From: an uncultured Abiotrophia sp.
Lineage (GTDB): Bacteria > Bacillota > Bacilli > Lactobacillales > Aerococcaceae
NCBI GenBank assembly: GCA_965245735.1
Contig: CBDFAX010000004.1
Coordinates: forward strand, 20,867 to 84,866
Length of the DNA stretch: 64,000 bases
Reading direction: 5' to 3'
In this document: piece by piece, positions 40,119 through 48,968 of the stretch
Numbering within the stretch: the stretch's first letter is position 1
How the letters are laid out: each line of letters opens with the position of its first letter
The notes under the pieces: generated by a model
Seen by the model: the letters and a program-made list of their open reading frames with translations, nothing else
The model's database searches: none
What the model was told of the DNA's origin: nothing
Program-made: the position numbers and the translations under genes

Positions 40119-40889
40119 ATGAAAAAACGATCTACGACCCCTTTGAAGTTAGCGGCGATTATTGTCGTCCTCTGCTTGGCCCTCTTTGCCAGACGGGATA
40201 TGATTCAGGCTGTCTGGCAGGATAATAGCCTCAGCCGCCCGCAAGCCATGCTGACTATCGCCCAAAAATTATTGAATATTCCACAAAATAAGCCTCAGGA
40301 TAATCAGTCCCATGTCATTCAATCCGGGACCAACCAAGAACCACATCAAGTAGCAGCTAATGTTGCGACTAGCCCTATTTACCAAAAGGCCGCCCGCACA
40401 GCCCAAACCTTCAATCAGGGTTTGGATTTGACTAGTCTAAACCAGGTCTTTGTCAATCAAGTCAACCAACATCGTAGCCAAGTTGGTTGGCCGGAGATTA
40501 AGGTCGGCCATCAGTTAGCTGCAGGGAGTCAAACTCGGGTTCGTCAATTATCTGATTACTATTACTTGAGTAGCCGGACCTTAGATGGGCAAGATTTCCG
40601 GACGGCGCATCCAACTATTGAGGATGCTAATTCCAGATTAGGGGAATCTACCTTTGAGCTCTACATTGCAGCAGATGATGTCCACCTAGATACTTGGCGC
40701 CAGCACCCTGACATCCTGGCTGACTACCTCTATAAGGCCTTTGCCAAAATGGAAGGCCAGGAGACAAGCGCCTATATTGCTAGTCAATATGTGACCCTCT
40801 ACGCTCAGCCTAGCGACCAATTAGTTGGCGATGTGGCCTACGTGCGTTTAGTGGCAGTTGTCACCTCCGATACGCTGGCCAGTCCTTAA
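40119..40889 (+). CDS. Hypothetical membrane-anchored/secreted protein (possible CAP/SCP-like domain)
   Basis: N-terminal TM/signal MKKRSTTPLKLAAIIVVLCLALFA. The segment VNQVNQHRSQVGWPEIKVGHQLAAGSQTR resembles the CAP-domain start. This call is weak. Confidence 0.4.
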   Translation: MKKRSTTPLKLAAIIVVLCLALFARRDMIQAVWQDNSLSRPQAMLTIAQKLLNIPQNKPQDNQSHVIQSGTNQEPHQVAANVATSPIYQKAARTAQTFNQGLDLTSLNQVFVNQVNQHRSQVGWPEIKVGHQLAAGSQTRVRQLSDYYYLSSRTLDGQDFRTAHPTIEDANSRLGESTFELYIAADDVHLDTWRQHPDILADYLYKAFAKMEGQETSAYIASQYVTLYAQPSDQLVGDVAYVRLVAVVTSDTLASP

Positions 40890-40911
40890 TTCAACTTAAA
40901 GGAGCCCCACC

Positions 40912-42063
40912 ATGACCTCACCTTATGCTTATCTATTGCCCGGTCTAGTCGGCCTGGGGCTAGCGACTTGGACCTATGGCCAGGTCTACCAGCGTCGACA
41001 TGGCCTCAAGCCAAGTAATGACCGCGAGCAAGTCTTCGACGTCACCCGCTGGCAGGCTCAAGCTAGCACTCAGCATGCTTGGTTATCGCAAGACCGGTTC
41101 GACCAGGAAATGACAGACTGGGTGCAGCCTTATTTGGCACAACATGGTCAGTCAGAGACGATTACCTTAGAAGATGGTCAGACCTTAGCCTTTGATTTCT
41201 ATCCTCATGCTGAGGCCCAGGCTACTCTCCTGATCATCCATGGCCTCAATGAGTTCAAGGAAAAATTTCGGGAGTTAACCTACTACTGGCACCAAGAAGC
41301 CTGCCAGGTTATTGCAGTAGACCTAAGAGGGCATGGCGCCAGTGGTCCTTATGGTCCCAAGTCCAGCATCCATAGCCTGCGTTTTGATCAATACGCTGAA
41401 GACCTGGCTAGACTCTTGGACTATTTAGGCAAGCAAGGAAAAATCCAAGGTCCCTTAGTCCTATTCGGCCACTCCATGGGTGGAGCGGTCGCGACTCGCC
41501 TATGCCAACTCTATCCCGGCTTGGCTCAGGGCCTTATTCTTTCCTCGCCCATGCTGGCAATCGATACGGGCAGGATTCCTTTTGCCTATGCTCATCTATT
41601 AAGTCGAGTAGTTAGCGCTTTAGGTGGTGGCAAAGCTTATGCTCCACGTCAGGGGGGCTTTGATCCTGAACGTCATAGCCAGTATCCCCGCCAGAATCGC
41701 TGGACAACTCAATATGAACGTGGCCATTATTTCCATCATTGGCATCTAGCCAACCATCCGATCCCTAGCTGGGGCGCTACTTGGTCTTGGTTAGCAACTA
41801 GTCTAGCTAGCTCGCGCAATATTTTGTCTGGCCAAGGCCTTGACCAGCTTACTTTGCCAGTCCTAGTCTGGCGAGCGGAGCTCGATGACCATGTTTTAGC
41901 TAGTGGCATTCATGGCTTGACATCGAGCTTGGCTCAAGCCCAAGCTTACTGTGTGCCGGGGCGTAAGCATGAATTGTATTTGGAGGATGATGCCTTCATA
42001 CAAGCATATGTCACCTGCATTCGTCATTTTATTGCCAGTCTTGCGCCAGCAAGCGACCATTGA
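40912..42063 (+). CDS. Alpha/beta hydrolase (lysophospholipase/monoglyceride-lipase-like) with an N-terminal TM helix
   Basis: Motifs LLIIHGLNEF and the nucleophile elbow GHSMGG. Confidence 0.7.
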   Translation: MTSPYAYLLPGLVGLGLATWTYGQVYQRRHGLKPSNDREQVFDVTRWQAQASTQHAWLSQDRFDQEMTDWVQPYLAQHGQSETITLEDGQTLAFDFYPHAEAQATLLIIHGLNEFKEKFRELTYYWHQEACQVIAVDLRGHGASGPYGPKSSIHSLRFDQYAEDLARLLDYLGKQGKIQGPLVLFGHSMGGAVATRLCQLYPGLAQGLILSSPMLAIDTGRIPFAYAHLLSRVVSALGGGKAYAPRQGGFDPERHSQYPRQNRWTTQYERGHYFHHWHLANHPIPSWGATWSWLATSLASSRNILSGQGLDQLTLPVLVWRAELDDHVLASGIHGLTSSLAQAQAYCVPGRKHELYLEDDAFIQAYVTCIRHFIASLAPASDH

Positions 42064-42103
42064 TTTAATCCTTCGTTGAATTTTGAACTAAAGGGAGTTA
42101 CTT

Positions 42104-43318
42104 ATGACACGCGTATATATTACAGAAGTTAAGCGCTCGGCCATTGGTCGCTATCTTGGCGCCTTATCCAATCTCAGTCCGCTAGACTTGGGCAGCCAAG
42201 TGCTCCGGGCAGTGCTAGAATCAGACCAAGTACCATTGGAAGCTATTGAAGAAGTTATCCTTGGAAATGTCTTATCGGCTGGCCATGGTCAAAACCTGGC
42301 CCGTCAAATTGCGCTAAAGGCCGGACTACCGAAGTCGACCCCAGCCTACACCGTCAATATGGTCTGTGGCAGTGGCTTAAAGGCAGTCTATGAAGGCTAT
42401 ACCAAGATTAAAGCCGGCGAGAACCAAGCCCTGATCGTTGGGGGCGTAGAAAGTATGAGCCAGGCCGCCTTCGTCTTAGATGGCAAATCTCGCAAGGGTA
42501 TGGCTTATGGTGGCAGTCCACTAGTGGATACCCTCTATCGGGATGGCTTGTCTGATGCCTTTGGGGGCTATGCTATGGGTGTGACGGCTGAGAATTTAGC
42601 TCAGCAATATGACATTAGTCGCCAAGCTCAAGATGCTTATGCTTATCAGTCTCAAGTCAAGGCTCAAGCTGCCCAACAAGCAGGCCTGTTTGACCAGGAA
42701 ATTGTGGCTGTGACAGAAGTCGACCGCAAGGGCAATCGTCAAGTGATTGATCGAGATGAGTATATTAACTATAAAACCAGTCCTGAGAAATTAGCTAGTT
42801 TGCGTCCTGCCTTCCAGGCGGAGGGGACAGTAACAGCCGGGAATGCGTCAGGTATTAACGACGGCGCAGCCTTTCTCTGCCTAGTGAGCCAGGACATCCT
42901 AGATCGCTACCAGTTGACGCCACTTGCTGAGGTCCTAGGTTTTGGTCAGGCAGGGGTTGACCCTAGCATTATGGGGATTGGGCCTGTAGGAGCTATTGAG
43001 CAGGTTTTAGAGCGTACTGGTGTACCTTTTGAAGCGATTGACCGCTTTGAACTCAATGAGGCTTTTGCGGTTCAAGCGCTAGCTGTCTCACATGATTTAG
43101 TCGCCCATCACGGGGTGTCGACTGATTGGTTGGCTGAGCGCACCAATGTTCATGGTGGCGCCATTGCCTTAGGCCATCCTATTGGGGCTTCAGGAGTCCG
43201 AGTCTTAGCGACTCTCTGCCATGAGTTAGTTCGCTCTGAGAGTCAATATGGCCTTGCTTCCCTTTGCATTGGTGGAGGTATGGGGATTGCTGCTCTTGTT
43301 AAACGATATCAAGCTTAG
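42104..43318 (+). CDS. Acetyl-CoA C-acetyltransferase (thiolase II)
   Basis: Motifs VNMVCGSGLKAV (active Cys), NVHGGAIALGHPIGASG and CIGGGMG. Confidence 0.9.
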   Translation: MTRVYITEVKRSAIGRYLGALSNLSPLDLGSQVLRAVLESDQVPLEAIEEVILGNVLSAGHGQNLARQIALKAGLPKSTPAYTVNMVCGSGLKAVYEGYTKIKAGENQALIVGGVESMSQAAFVLDGKSRKGMAYGGSPLVDTLYRDGLSDAFGGYAMGVTAENLAQQYDISRQAQDAYAYQSQVKAQAAQQAGLFDQEIVAVTEVDRKGNRQVIDRDEYINYKTSPEKLASLRPAFQAEGTVTAGNASGINDGAAFLCLVSQDILDRYQLTPLAEVLGFGQAGVDPSIMGIGPVGAIEQVLERTGVPFEAIDRFELNEAFAVQALAVSHDLVAHHGVSTDWLAERTNVHGGAIALGHPIGASGVRVLATLCHELVRSESQYGLASLCIGGGMGIAALVKRYQA

Positions 43319-43375
43319 TTAGTTATAGAGAGGCTGGAAAGTGCTAGCCCCTAAACATGCTAAAATAAAAAAAGA

Positions 43376-43417
43376 GGCCCACGCGTGATTTTGTTTGCAA
43401 GTTGCCGTGGGCTTTTA
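43376..43417 (+). terminator. Probable intrinsic terminator
   Basis: GGCCCACG...CGTGGGC stem with a large loop, followed by TTTTAT. Confidence 0.45.
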
Positions 43418-43452
43418 TATACTTAGGGAGAAGACAGAGGGAGGAATTACCT

Positions 43453-44298
43453 ATGAAATGGAAGTTAGTAGCCGATTCAGGCGCGACTATCTCGCCGGAC
43501 CTGTTTGCAGGGACGGATGTCGCTTTTGAATTAGTACCTTTAATGATTAATATTGGCACTCAGGTTTATGTGGATGATGCCAACTTAGATATGGCAGCTT
43601 TTGTTAAGGATATGCATGACAGCAAGGAAGCATCTTCGACTGCCTGCCCATCCCCCCAAGCCTATGCGAATGCCTTTGAGGGAGCAGAGAATGTTATCTG
43701 TTTTACCATCTCAAGTGGCTTATCAGGTTCTTATAATAGTGCCCAACTTGGTCGTAATATGGCTTTGGAAGAAAATCCAATGGCCAATATCTATGTCTTT
43801 GACTGCTTGTCTGCTGGGACAGAGAACGATCTCTTAATTGCTAAGGGTTTGGAGTTGGTACAAGCTGGCCTGGATTTTGACCAAGTGGTAGCTAGCCTAA
43901 AGGATTATCATCAAAAGACGGATGTCGTCTTCATCTTAGAATCAGTAGATAACTTGGTCAAAGCAGGCCGTGTCAATCGTCTAGTCGGCGGTATGATTGG
44001 TCTCTTAGGCATTCGCCTGATTGGGGTTCGTACACCTGAAGGTAAGATTGAGATTGGAACTAAGTCTAAGGGGAGCAAGCGGGCTGTGAAAGCAACCGTA
44101 GAAGAAATGCTCAAGCATGGCTACCAAGGTGGTAAGGTGGCGATTTCTCATAGCGACAATCCAGAAGTGGTTGAAGCGGTGAGTGCTTTGCTTCGTGAAC
44201 ACTATCCTCAGGCTCAAATTGAGGTGGTGGAATTTAATGGGCTCTGCACATTCTATGCCCATTATCACGGCTTGATTATTGGCTTCGAGAAAGCCTAA
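43453..44298 (+). CDS. DegV-family fatty-acid-binding protein
   Basis: MKWKLVADSGATI start with SD GGGAGGA upstream. The length and pattern are typical of DegV. The track start at 43402 is an extension. Confidence 0.8.
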   Translation: MKWKLVADSGATISPDLFAGTDVAFELVPLMINIGTQVYVDDANLDMAAFVKDMHDSKEASSTACPSPQAYANAFEGAENVICFTISSGLSGSYNSAQLGRNMALEENPMANIYVFDCLSAGTENDLLIAKGLELVQAGLDFDQVVASLKDYHQKTDVVFILESVDNLVKAGRVNRLVGGMIGLLGIRLIGVRTPEGKIEIGTKSKGSKRAVKATVEEMLKHGYQGGKVAISHSDNPEVVEAVSALLREHYPQAQIEVVEFNGLCTFYAHYHGLIIGFEKA

Positions 44299-44326
44299 TT
44301 CACTAATAAGAAAGAAGGGTATCTGT

Positions 44327-44953
44327 ATGTTTATTGGGAAGTTGCACCGCTCCAATGTGGTGTTATTAGCAGGTTTGTTTTTTGCAGCGACAGGGATCGG
44401 GTTCGCCTTTCATCGTGAACTACAGTATGCCCTTGTTTCCTTGATTATTGCCTCCATCATCGACTTGTTCGTCGGAGGCTTCGTGAATCAATTCCAGTCT
44501 TCGGTGGCGGAGGCTGCCTTCGCCAAGGAGCTCAAGACCTTGAGTAGTTTCCTCATTTATGGCGTCCTCCCGGGCGTCTATCTGATGGCGGTAACCAATG
44601 CGGGCGCCTTTAGCCTCATTGTCTTCGCACTTTACATCTTGGCAGTCGGAATTCGCCTGGCCTACTTCAACCAAGCGGCCGAATTCCAAGATCCAGTGGA
44701 CAAGCGCCACAGCGTCGGGTTGCCACTAGAACTAGGCGTCTTCGCGATTCAGGTCGTGTCCTTAGTAGGCTTCCTGCTCCCGCTGACTGTCTTCCAAATC
44801 TTCCTGATGTTGGTCTACGCGCTCCTAGCGGTAGCCTTCGTCTACAAGCTGAAGATTCCGCGCCTACCAAGCCAATGGTTATTCTACATGGTGGGCGTCC
44901 AAGTGGTCCTCTGCATCCTGTGGGTATTCCTGGGAAATTTCATTACAGGCTAA
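44327..44953 (+). CDS. Membrane protein homologous to small CDP-alcohol phosphatidyltransferases (PssA-like) but lacking the catalytic Asp motif
   Basis: 208 aa with about 6 TM segments. IIDLFVGGFVNQF...AKELKTLSSFLIYGVLPG...IRLAYFN aligns by eye to PssA FLDFFDGMAARKL...GRELDSFADLVTFGVAPS...LRLSKFN. Confidence 0.45.
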   Translation: MFIGKLHRSNVVLLAGLFFAATGIGFAFHRELQYALVSLIIASIIDLFVGGFVNQFQSSVAEAAFAKELKTLSSFLIYGVLPGVYLMAVTNAGAFSLIVFALYILAVGIRLAYFNQAAEFQDPVDKRHSVGLPLELGVFAIQVVSLVGFLLPLTVFQIFLMLVYALLAVAFVYKLKIPRLPSQWLFYMVGVQVVLCILWVFLGNFITG

Positions 44954-44960
44954 ACAACGA

Positions 44961-44990
44961 AAGGCTAGGGCGTGCGTCCTAGCTTTTTTT
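44961..44990 (+). terminator. Intrinsic terminator
   Basis: AGGCTAGG...CCTAGCT followed by TTTTTT. Confidence 0.7.
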
Positions 44991-45093
44991 GGGGCGCAGA
45001 TTGTGTAATTAAGTGCAACACCGAAAAAGGAAGATCGCAAGAATAAGTGCGGCAACCCAAATCATTGCTTAAAATGACTCATGGGAGAAAGAT

Positions 45094-45615
45094 ATGAAAT
45101 CAAAATGGAAGTTATTTATAATTGTATTTATAGTTACCGTTGTAGGACTTTTTGCGTGGACGAAAGTGTCAGACAACTTATCAACTTATAGCGTATACTA
45201 TGCAAAACACACCGAAGGAAGATACTCGCCCTTGCAAGAAGCAATGCGAAACTTTAATCAAATCGAGCATCCTGAACTTGATAATTATAAGTACAAGAGA
45301 GATAATTTAAGCGGGGATTGGGAATTTACCACGGCGTATAATGGAGCCAAAATTCGTTATATCGTAATTGCGGACAGTAGACAACTCTATTATAATGATG
45401 AGGCTATCCACTACTCGCTAACTCCTTTGGGTCAAGTTGAGTATATACCTGTAGATACTCCCTTATTAACTAGTCTGAGACATGACATTTCAGATGAGGA
45501 GCAAATATTCGTAGATGAAGCACTTGCTACAATTTTTGAACCTATCATTCAAGCACAGCCTGCTCCAGATTGGAATCTTCAATGGCTCTATAATTTACTG
45601 AATCAGAGGAGGTGA
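45094..45615 (+). CDS. Hypothetical membrane-anchored protein (low-GC islet)
   Basis: 173 aa. N-terminal TM MKSKWKLFIIVFIVTVVGLFAW. SD GGGAGAAAG lies upstream. It is visibly AT-richer than the flanks. Confidence 0.55.
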   Translation: MKSKWKLFIIVFIVTVVGLFAWTKVSDNLSTYSVYYAKHTEGRYSPLQEAMRNFNQIEHPELDNYKYKRDNLSGDWEFTTAYNGAKIRYIVIADSRQLYYNDEAIHYSLTPLGQVEYIPVDTPLLTSLRHDISDEEQIFVDEALATIFEPIIQAQPAPDWNLQWLYNLLNQRR

Positions 45616-45622
45616 GAATACC

Positions 45623-46006
45623 TTGAAGATAAAACAAGTCTTACTCCCCTTCAATGCTTTCTTTTTGGTGTTTTCAATCGGAAATTTCCTAATCTTAAGA
45701 GACGCTATCGAGGCGCTAGAAATAGCTCTGAGCATCCCGTCGCCCATTATGTTAACAAGTTTGGGTAGCCATTGGCCGCCTCGGATTTATCTTGGCAGTA
45801 TGCTGATCTTGATAATCCTAGGTATTATATTATCCCTATGGACTCTTCGTGGCCAGAAGACCACACTGGAGAAATTGGTGGTGGGAGGTACCTTGTTCGG
45901 ATATATTGCCCTATTAGGACTCCCTTTGTCATGGAGCTACCTTCCAATCGTTGCGATGTTAATCGTGACAGTAGTCAGCATCATGCGCAACCGTGCGATA
46001 CCATGA
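45623..46006 (+). CDS. Hypothetical small polytopic membrane protein (low-GC islet)
   Basis: 127 aa with 4 hydrophobic segments. TTG start with AGGAGG 10 nt upstream. It begins 7 nt after the previous stop. Confidence 0.5.
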   Translation: MKIKQVLLPFNAFFLVFSIGNFLILRDAIEALEIALSIPSPIMLTSLGSHWPPRIYLGSMLILIILGIILSLWTLRGQKTTLEKLVVGGTLFGYIALLGLPLSWSYLPIVAMLIVTVVSIMRNRAIP

Positions 46007-46037
46007 TTTTTTGGCTAAGTTGCCTGACTAGATACCC

Positions 46038-46079
46038 AAAAACAGCCGTCCCCACCTACGTGTGGGAACGGCTGTTTTT
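46038..46079. terminator. Bidirectional intrinsic terminator
   Basis: AAAAACAGCCGTCCCCAC...GTGGGAACGGCTGTTTTT. Confidence 0.85.
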
Positions 46080-46089
46080 GCCATATATG

Positions 46090-46890
46090 TTAGAAGCAGA
46101 AGGCCAAGCCATATAGGAGACTAATCATTAGGTAAGTTGTGCTGAGATAGTTGAGTTTATTTTGGCTTTGGTTATGTTGTCGAGTTTGGACCAAGAGAGG
46201 GGCTAGGGTCAAGACGCTCCCGGCGATAAAGAGGAGTTGGAGCATGAAATAAGATTTGGATGGGAAACTTAAGTAGGTCCCAGCAGCCACAGCTACTAGG
46301 CTCAAGATGAGCACTAGACTTGTTTTTAAGCCGTGTGGCATGAGGGGAGGGTGTCCCGTTAGCTGACTAACTAGACTATTGCCTTCAGCTTGAAAGGCCA
46401 GTTGTAAGGCTGCCAGGGGCAGGAGGCTGATGAGGAAGCCGGTCGTGATGGTCCCTGTCTGGCTGAAGTAGGCTAGGTTGTTGACGATGAAGGCCTGGAA
46501 GAAGACATTTAGAATCAACTGGTAGAGGCTGTTGGTCAGATTATAAGGATAGTGCTGAATGTGGGTATAGGCGATATAGAGGAGGAGTAAGAGGTTAGCC
46601 CCCCAATGATGCTGCCACATAAAGCCCACGGTTGCTGCCCAGAGCAGGATTTCCATGGCGTATAGGATTACTGGCGAGCTGGCGTTGGCCGTGCGGGTAT
46701 TGAAGCGAACGAAAAAATAGTGGTCAATCAACTGACTGCTGACTAAAATCAGGTAGAGATAGCCCAAGGCTAACCAGTTGATTTCGGTAGTGTGGTACAT
46801 CCCTACGATTAAACCATATATCCCAAAGCCTAGTGGCGCTAGGAAGATTCGAATGAGGGGATGTCTTAGAAAGTGTGCAAAGTGTTTCAT
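46090..46890 (-). CDS. Hypothetical polytopic membrane protein (about 8 TM)
   Basis: 266 aa, hydrophobic throughout. A UbiA-like prenyltransferase was considered, but no clear NxxxDxxxD motif is present. Confidence 0.55.
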   Translation of the reverse strand: MKHFAHFLRHPLIRIFLAPLGFGIYGLIVGMYHTTEINWLALGYLYLILVSSQLIDHYFFVRFNTRTANASSPVILYAMEILLWAATVGFMWQHHWGANLLLLLYIAYTHIQHYPYNLTNSLYQLILNVFFQAFIVNNLAYFSQTGTITTGFLISLLPLAALQLAFQAEGNSLVSQLTGHPPLMPHGLKTSLVLILSLVAVAAGTYLSFPSKSYFMLQLLFIAGSVLTLAPLLVQTRQHNQSQNKLNYLSTTYLMISLLYGLAFCF

Positions 46891-46967
46891 AGCTAATCCT
46901 CTTTTTTCGACATTTTTTACTATCTATATCTACTATACTAATGTATAATGGAGTCAGTTACAACAAT

Positions 46968-47041
46968 AAATTCCCGATGGGATTCATTTTCTTAATGAAG
47001 TTGCCTTGTAACCAATCTACAAAATGGGGGAAATTACTATG
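46968..47041 (+). promoter_or_regulatory. SMK-box (SAM-III) riboswitch in the metK leader
   Basis: AUUCCCGAUGGGAU-hairpin-AGUUGCCUUGUAACC...AUGGGGGAA parallels the Enterococcus faecalis element GUUCCCGAAAGGAU...AGAUGCCUUGUAACCGAAAGGGGAA. The anti-SD UUCCC (46971-46975) can pair with the SD GGGGG (47026-47030). Confidence 0.85.
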
Positions 47042-48220
47042 GAAAGAAAGTTGTTTACATCTGAATCGGTGACGGAAGGACACCCAGATAAAGTTGCCGA
47101 TCAAATTAGTGATGCCATCTTAGATGCCATCCTGACACAAGACCCACTAGCCCGGGTGGCCTGCGAGACCGCAGTCAACACCGGCTTGGTATTGGTCTTC
47201 GGGGAAGTCAGCACGACTGCCTATGTCGATATCCAACAAATTGTACGCGAAACGATTAAGGGCATTGGCTATGATTCAAGTGATTATGGCTTTGATGGCG
47301 ATAATGTGGCCGTCTTGGTCGCGCTTGACGAGCAATCGCCTGATATTGCCCAAGGGGTAGATGCGGCCATTGAAACCCGGGACGAAGCAACCGATCAATT
47401 GATTGGGGCGGGTGACCAAGGGCTCATGTTCGGTTATGCCTGTGATGAGACGGAAGAATTTATGCCATTGCCAATCGCGCTTAGCCATCGCCTAGCTAAA
47501 CGCCTGAGTGAGGTGCGCAAGTCTGGTCAATTGGCTTACCTGAGACCAGATGGTAAGTCCCAAGTAACCGTTGAGTACGGAGAAGACGGTCAAGCCCTAC
47601 GGGTGGATACAGTCGTCATTTCGACTCAGCATGCCCCTGAAGTAACCTTAGAAACTGTGCGTCAAGACGTGATTGAACAAGTAGTCAAGCCTGTGATTCC
47701 GGCCCATTTATTAGATGACCAAACCCGTTTCTTAATCAATCCAACCGGTCGTTTTGTCATCGGTGGGCCTAAAGGAGACTCCGGTTTGACAGGCCGTAAG
47801 ATTATTGTCGACACCTATGGGGGCTATGCTCGCCACGGTGGCGGTGCCTTCTCTGGTAAGGATGCGACTAAAGTGGACCGGTCAGCTAGTTACATGGCTC
47901 GCTACATTGCCAAGAATATCGTGGCAGCTGGCTTAGCTAAGCGTTGTGAAGTACAATTAGCATATGCAATTGGGGTAGCACAACCAGTATCTATTCGGAT
48001 TGAAACCTTTGAAACTGGCATCGTTTCTGAGAGTCGCCTAGTTCAAGCAGTGCGTCAACTCTTTGATTTAACACCAGATGGGATTATCCGCACCTTGGCC
48101 TTGCGTCGCCCAATCTATAAGCAGACAGCAGCCTATGGTCACTTTGGTCGTCAAGACGTGGTCTTACCATGGGAGCAAGTCAATAAAGTGGATGAACTTA
48201 AAGCCGTGATTGCTGAATAA
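47039..48220 (+). CDS. metK: S-adenosylmethionine synthetase
   Basis: Motifs [18 protein letters not shown] and [15 protein letters not shown] 47024 in the track lies inside the SD. Confidence 0.95.
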   Translation: MERKLFTSESVTEGHPDKVADQISDAILDAILTQDPLARVACETAVNTGLVLVFGEVSTTAYVDIQQIVRETIKGIGYDSSDYGFDGDNVAVLVALDEQSPDIAQGVDAAIETRDEATDQLIGAGDQGLMFGYACDETEEFMPLPIALSHRLAKRLSEVRKSGQLAYLRPDGKSQVTVEYGEDGQALRVDTVVISTQHAPEVTLETVRQDVIEQVVKPVIPAHLLDDQTRFLINPTGRFVIGGPKGDSGLTGRKIIVDTYGGYARHGGGAFSGKDATKVDRSASYMARYIAKNIVAAGLAKRCEVQLAYAIGVAQPVSIRIETFETGIVSESRLVQAVRQLFDLTPDGIIRTLALRRPIYKQTAAYGHFGRQDVVLPWEQVNKVDELKAVIAE

Positions 48221-48228
48221 GACAAAAT

Positions 48229-48259
48229 GAAAAGCTGAGATTTAGGTCTCAGCTTTTTT
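48229..48259. terminator. Bidirectional intrinsic terminator
   Basis: AAAAGCTGAGA-TTTAGG-TCTCAGCTTTTTT. Confidence 0.9.
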
Positions 48260-48261
48260 AC

Positions 48262-48831
48262 TTACTTGATACGTTCGATGATGAGGAGTTGTGGTGGATT
48301 ATTCCGTTGGTTGATGAAGCCATAGTGAAGGACTTGGAATTCTTCTTGGGGCCAGCTGGCTAAGGCTTGGAAGAGGGCATCCTTTTCCTTGGCACCTTCA
48401 GGATGACCACTGTAAATCACCAAGATAATTTGCCCACCAACCCGAAGTTTGGCTCGAACCTGGTCTAAAGAGGCCAGGGTTGAAGTCTCTTGGGTTGTAA
48501 TTTGGTGGTCGCCACCTGGAAGATAACCCAGATTATAAATGGCACCACTGAATTGGGCGACCTCAGCTAAAAGTGTATGGATTTGGTCGTGAGAAGCCAG
48601 AAAAAGCTGGGCAGACTCCCGATTTGGAATATCAGCCAGTCGTTCCTGAGTCCAAGCCAAGGCCTGATTTTGGATATCAAAGCCCATGACCTGGCCACAA
48701 AAGCCTGGTTGGCTGAGAATGAAGGCCGTGTCGTGTCCTTTGCCTAGAGTGCCATCAATATAAACACCATCTGGAAAACGTTGGATTAAGGCGGCTAAGA
48801 GGGTGTGACTGTAGTGTAGAGCGCGTTGCAT
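48262..48831 (-). CDS. Class I SAM-dependent methyltransferase, YtqB/MnmM-like
   Basis: IDGTLGKGHDT resembles the YtqB motif DATMGNGHDT. SD AAGGAG precedes ATG 48831. Confidence 0.65.
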   Translation of the reverse strand: MQRALHYSHTLLAALIQRFPDGVYIDGTLGKGHDTAFILSQPGFCGQVMGFDIQNQALAWTQERLADIPNRESAQLFLASHDQIHTLLAEVAQFSGAIYNLGYLPGGDHQITTQETSTLASLDQVRAKLRVGGQIILVIYSGHPEGAKEKDALFQALASWPQEEFQVLHYGFINQRNNPPQLLIIERIK

Positions 48832-48968
48832 AGACAAACTCCTTTGTATTACGTGAAAGTTACACAATCGTTAAAAGTAAACGAAAAGGGGGCTAGGCCC
48901 CTTTTTTTAGCGAGAGGCTTTCTATATAATGGTATTGTATCATAAAATGGCAGAATGGGGGAATATAC

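Noticed and set aside
45772-46116. 114-aa ORF overlapping the 127-aa membrane-protein gene in another frame and running through the terminator.
   Set aside because: It has no SD, its composition is not protein-like, and it crosses a strong bidirectional terminator. The TTG-initiated membrane ORF with AGGAGG is the better model.
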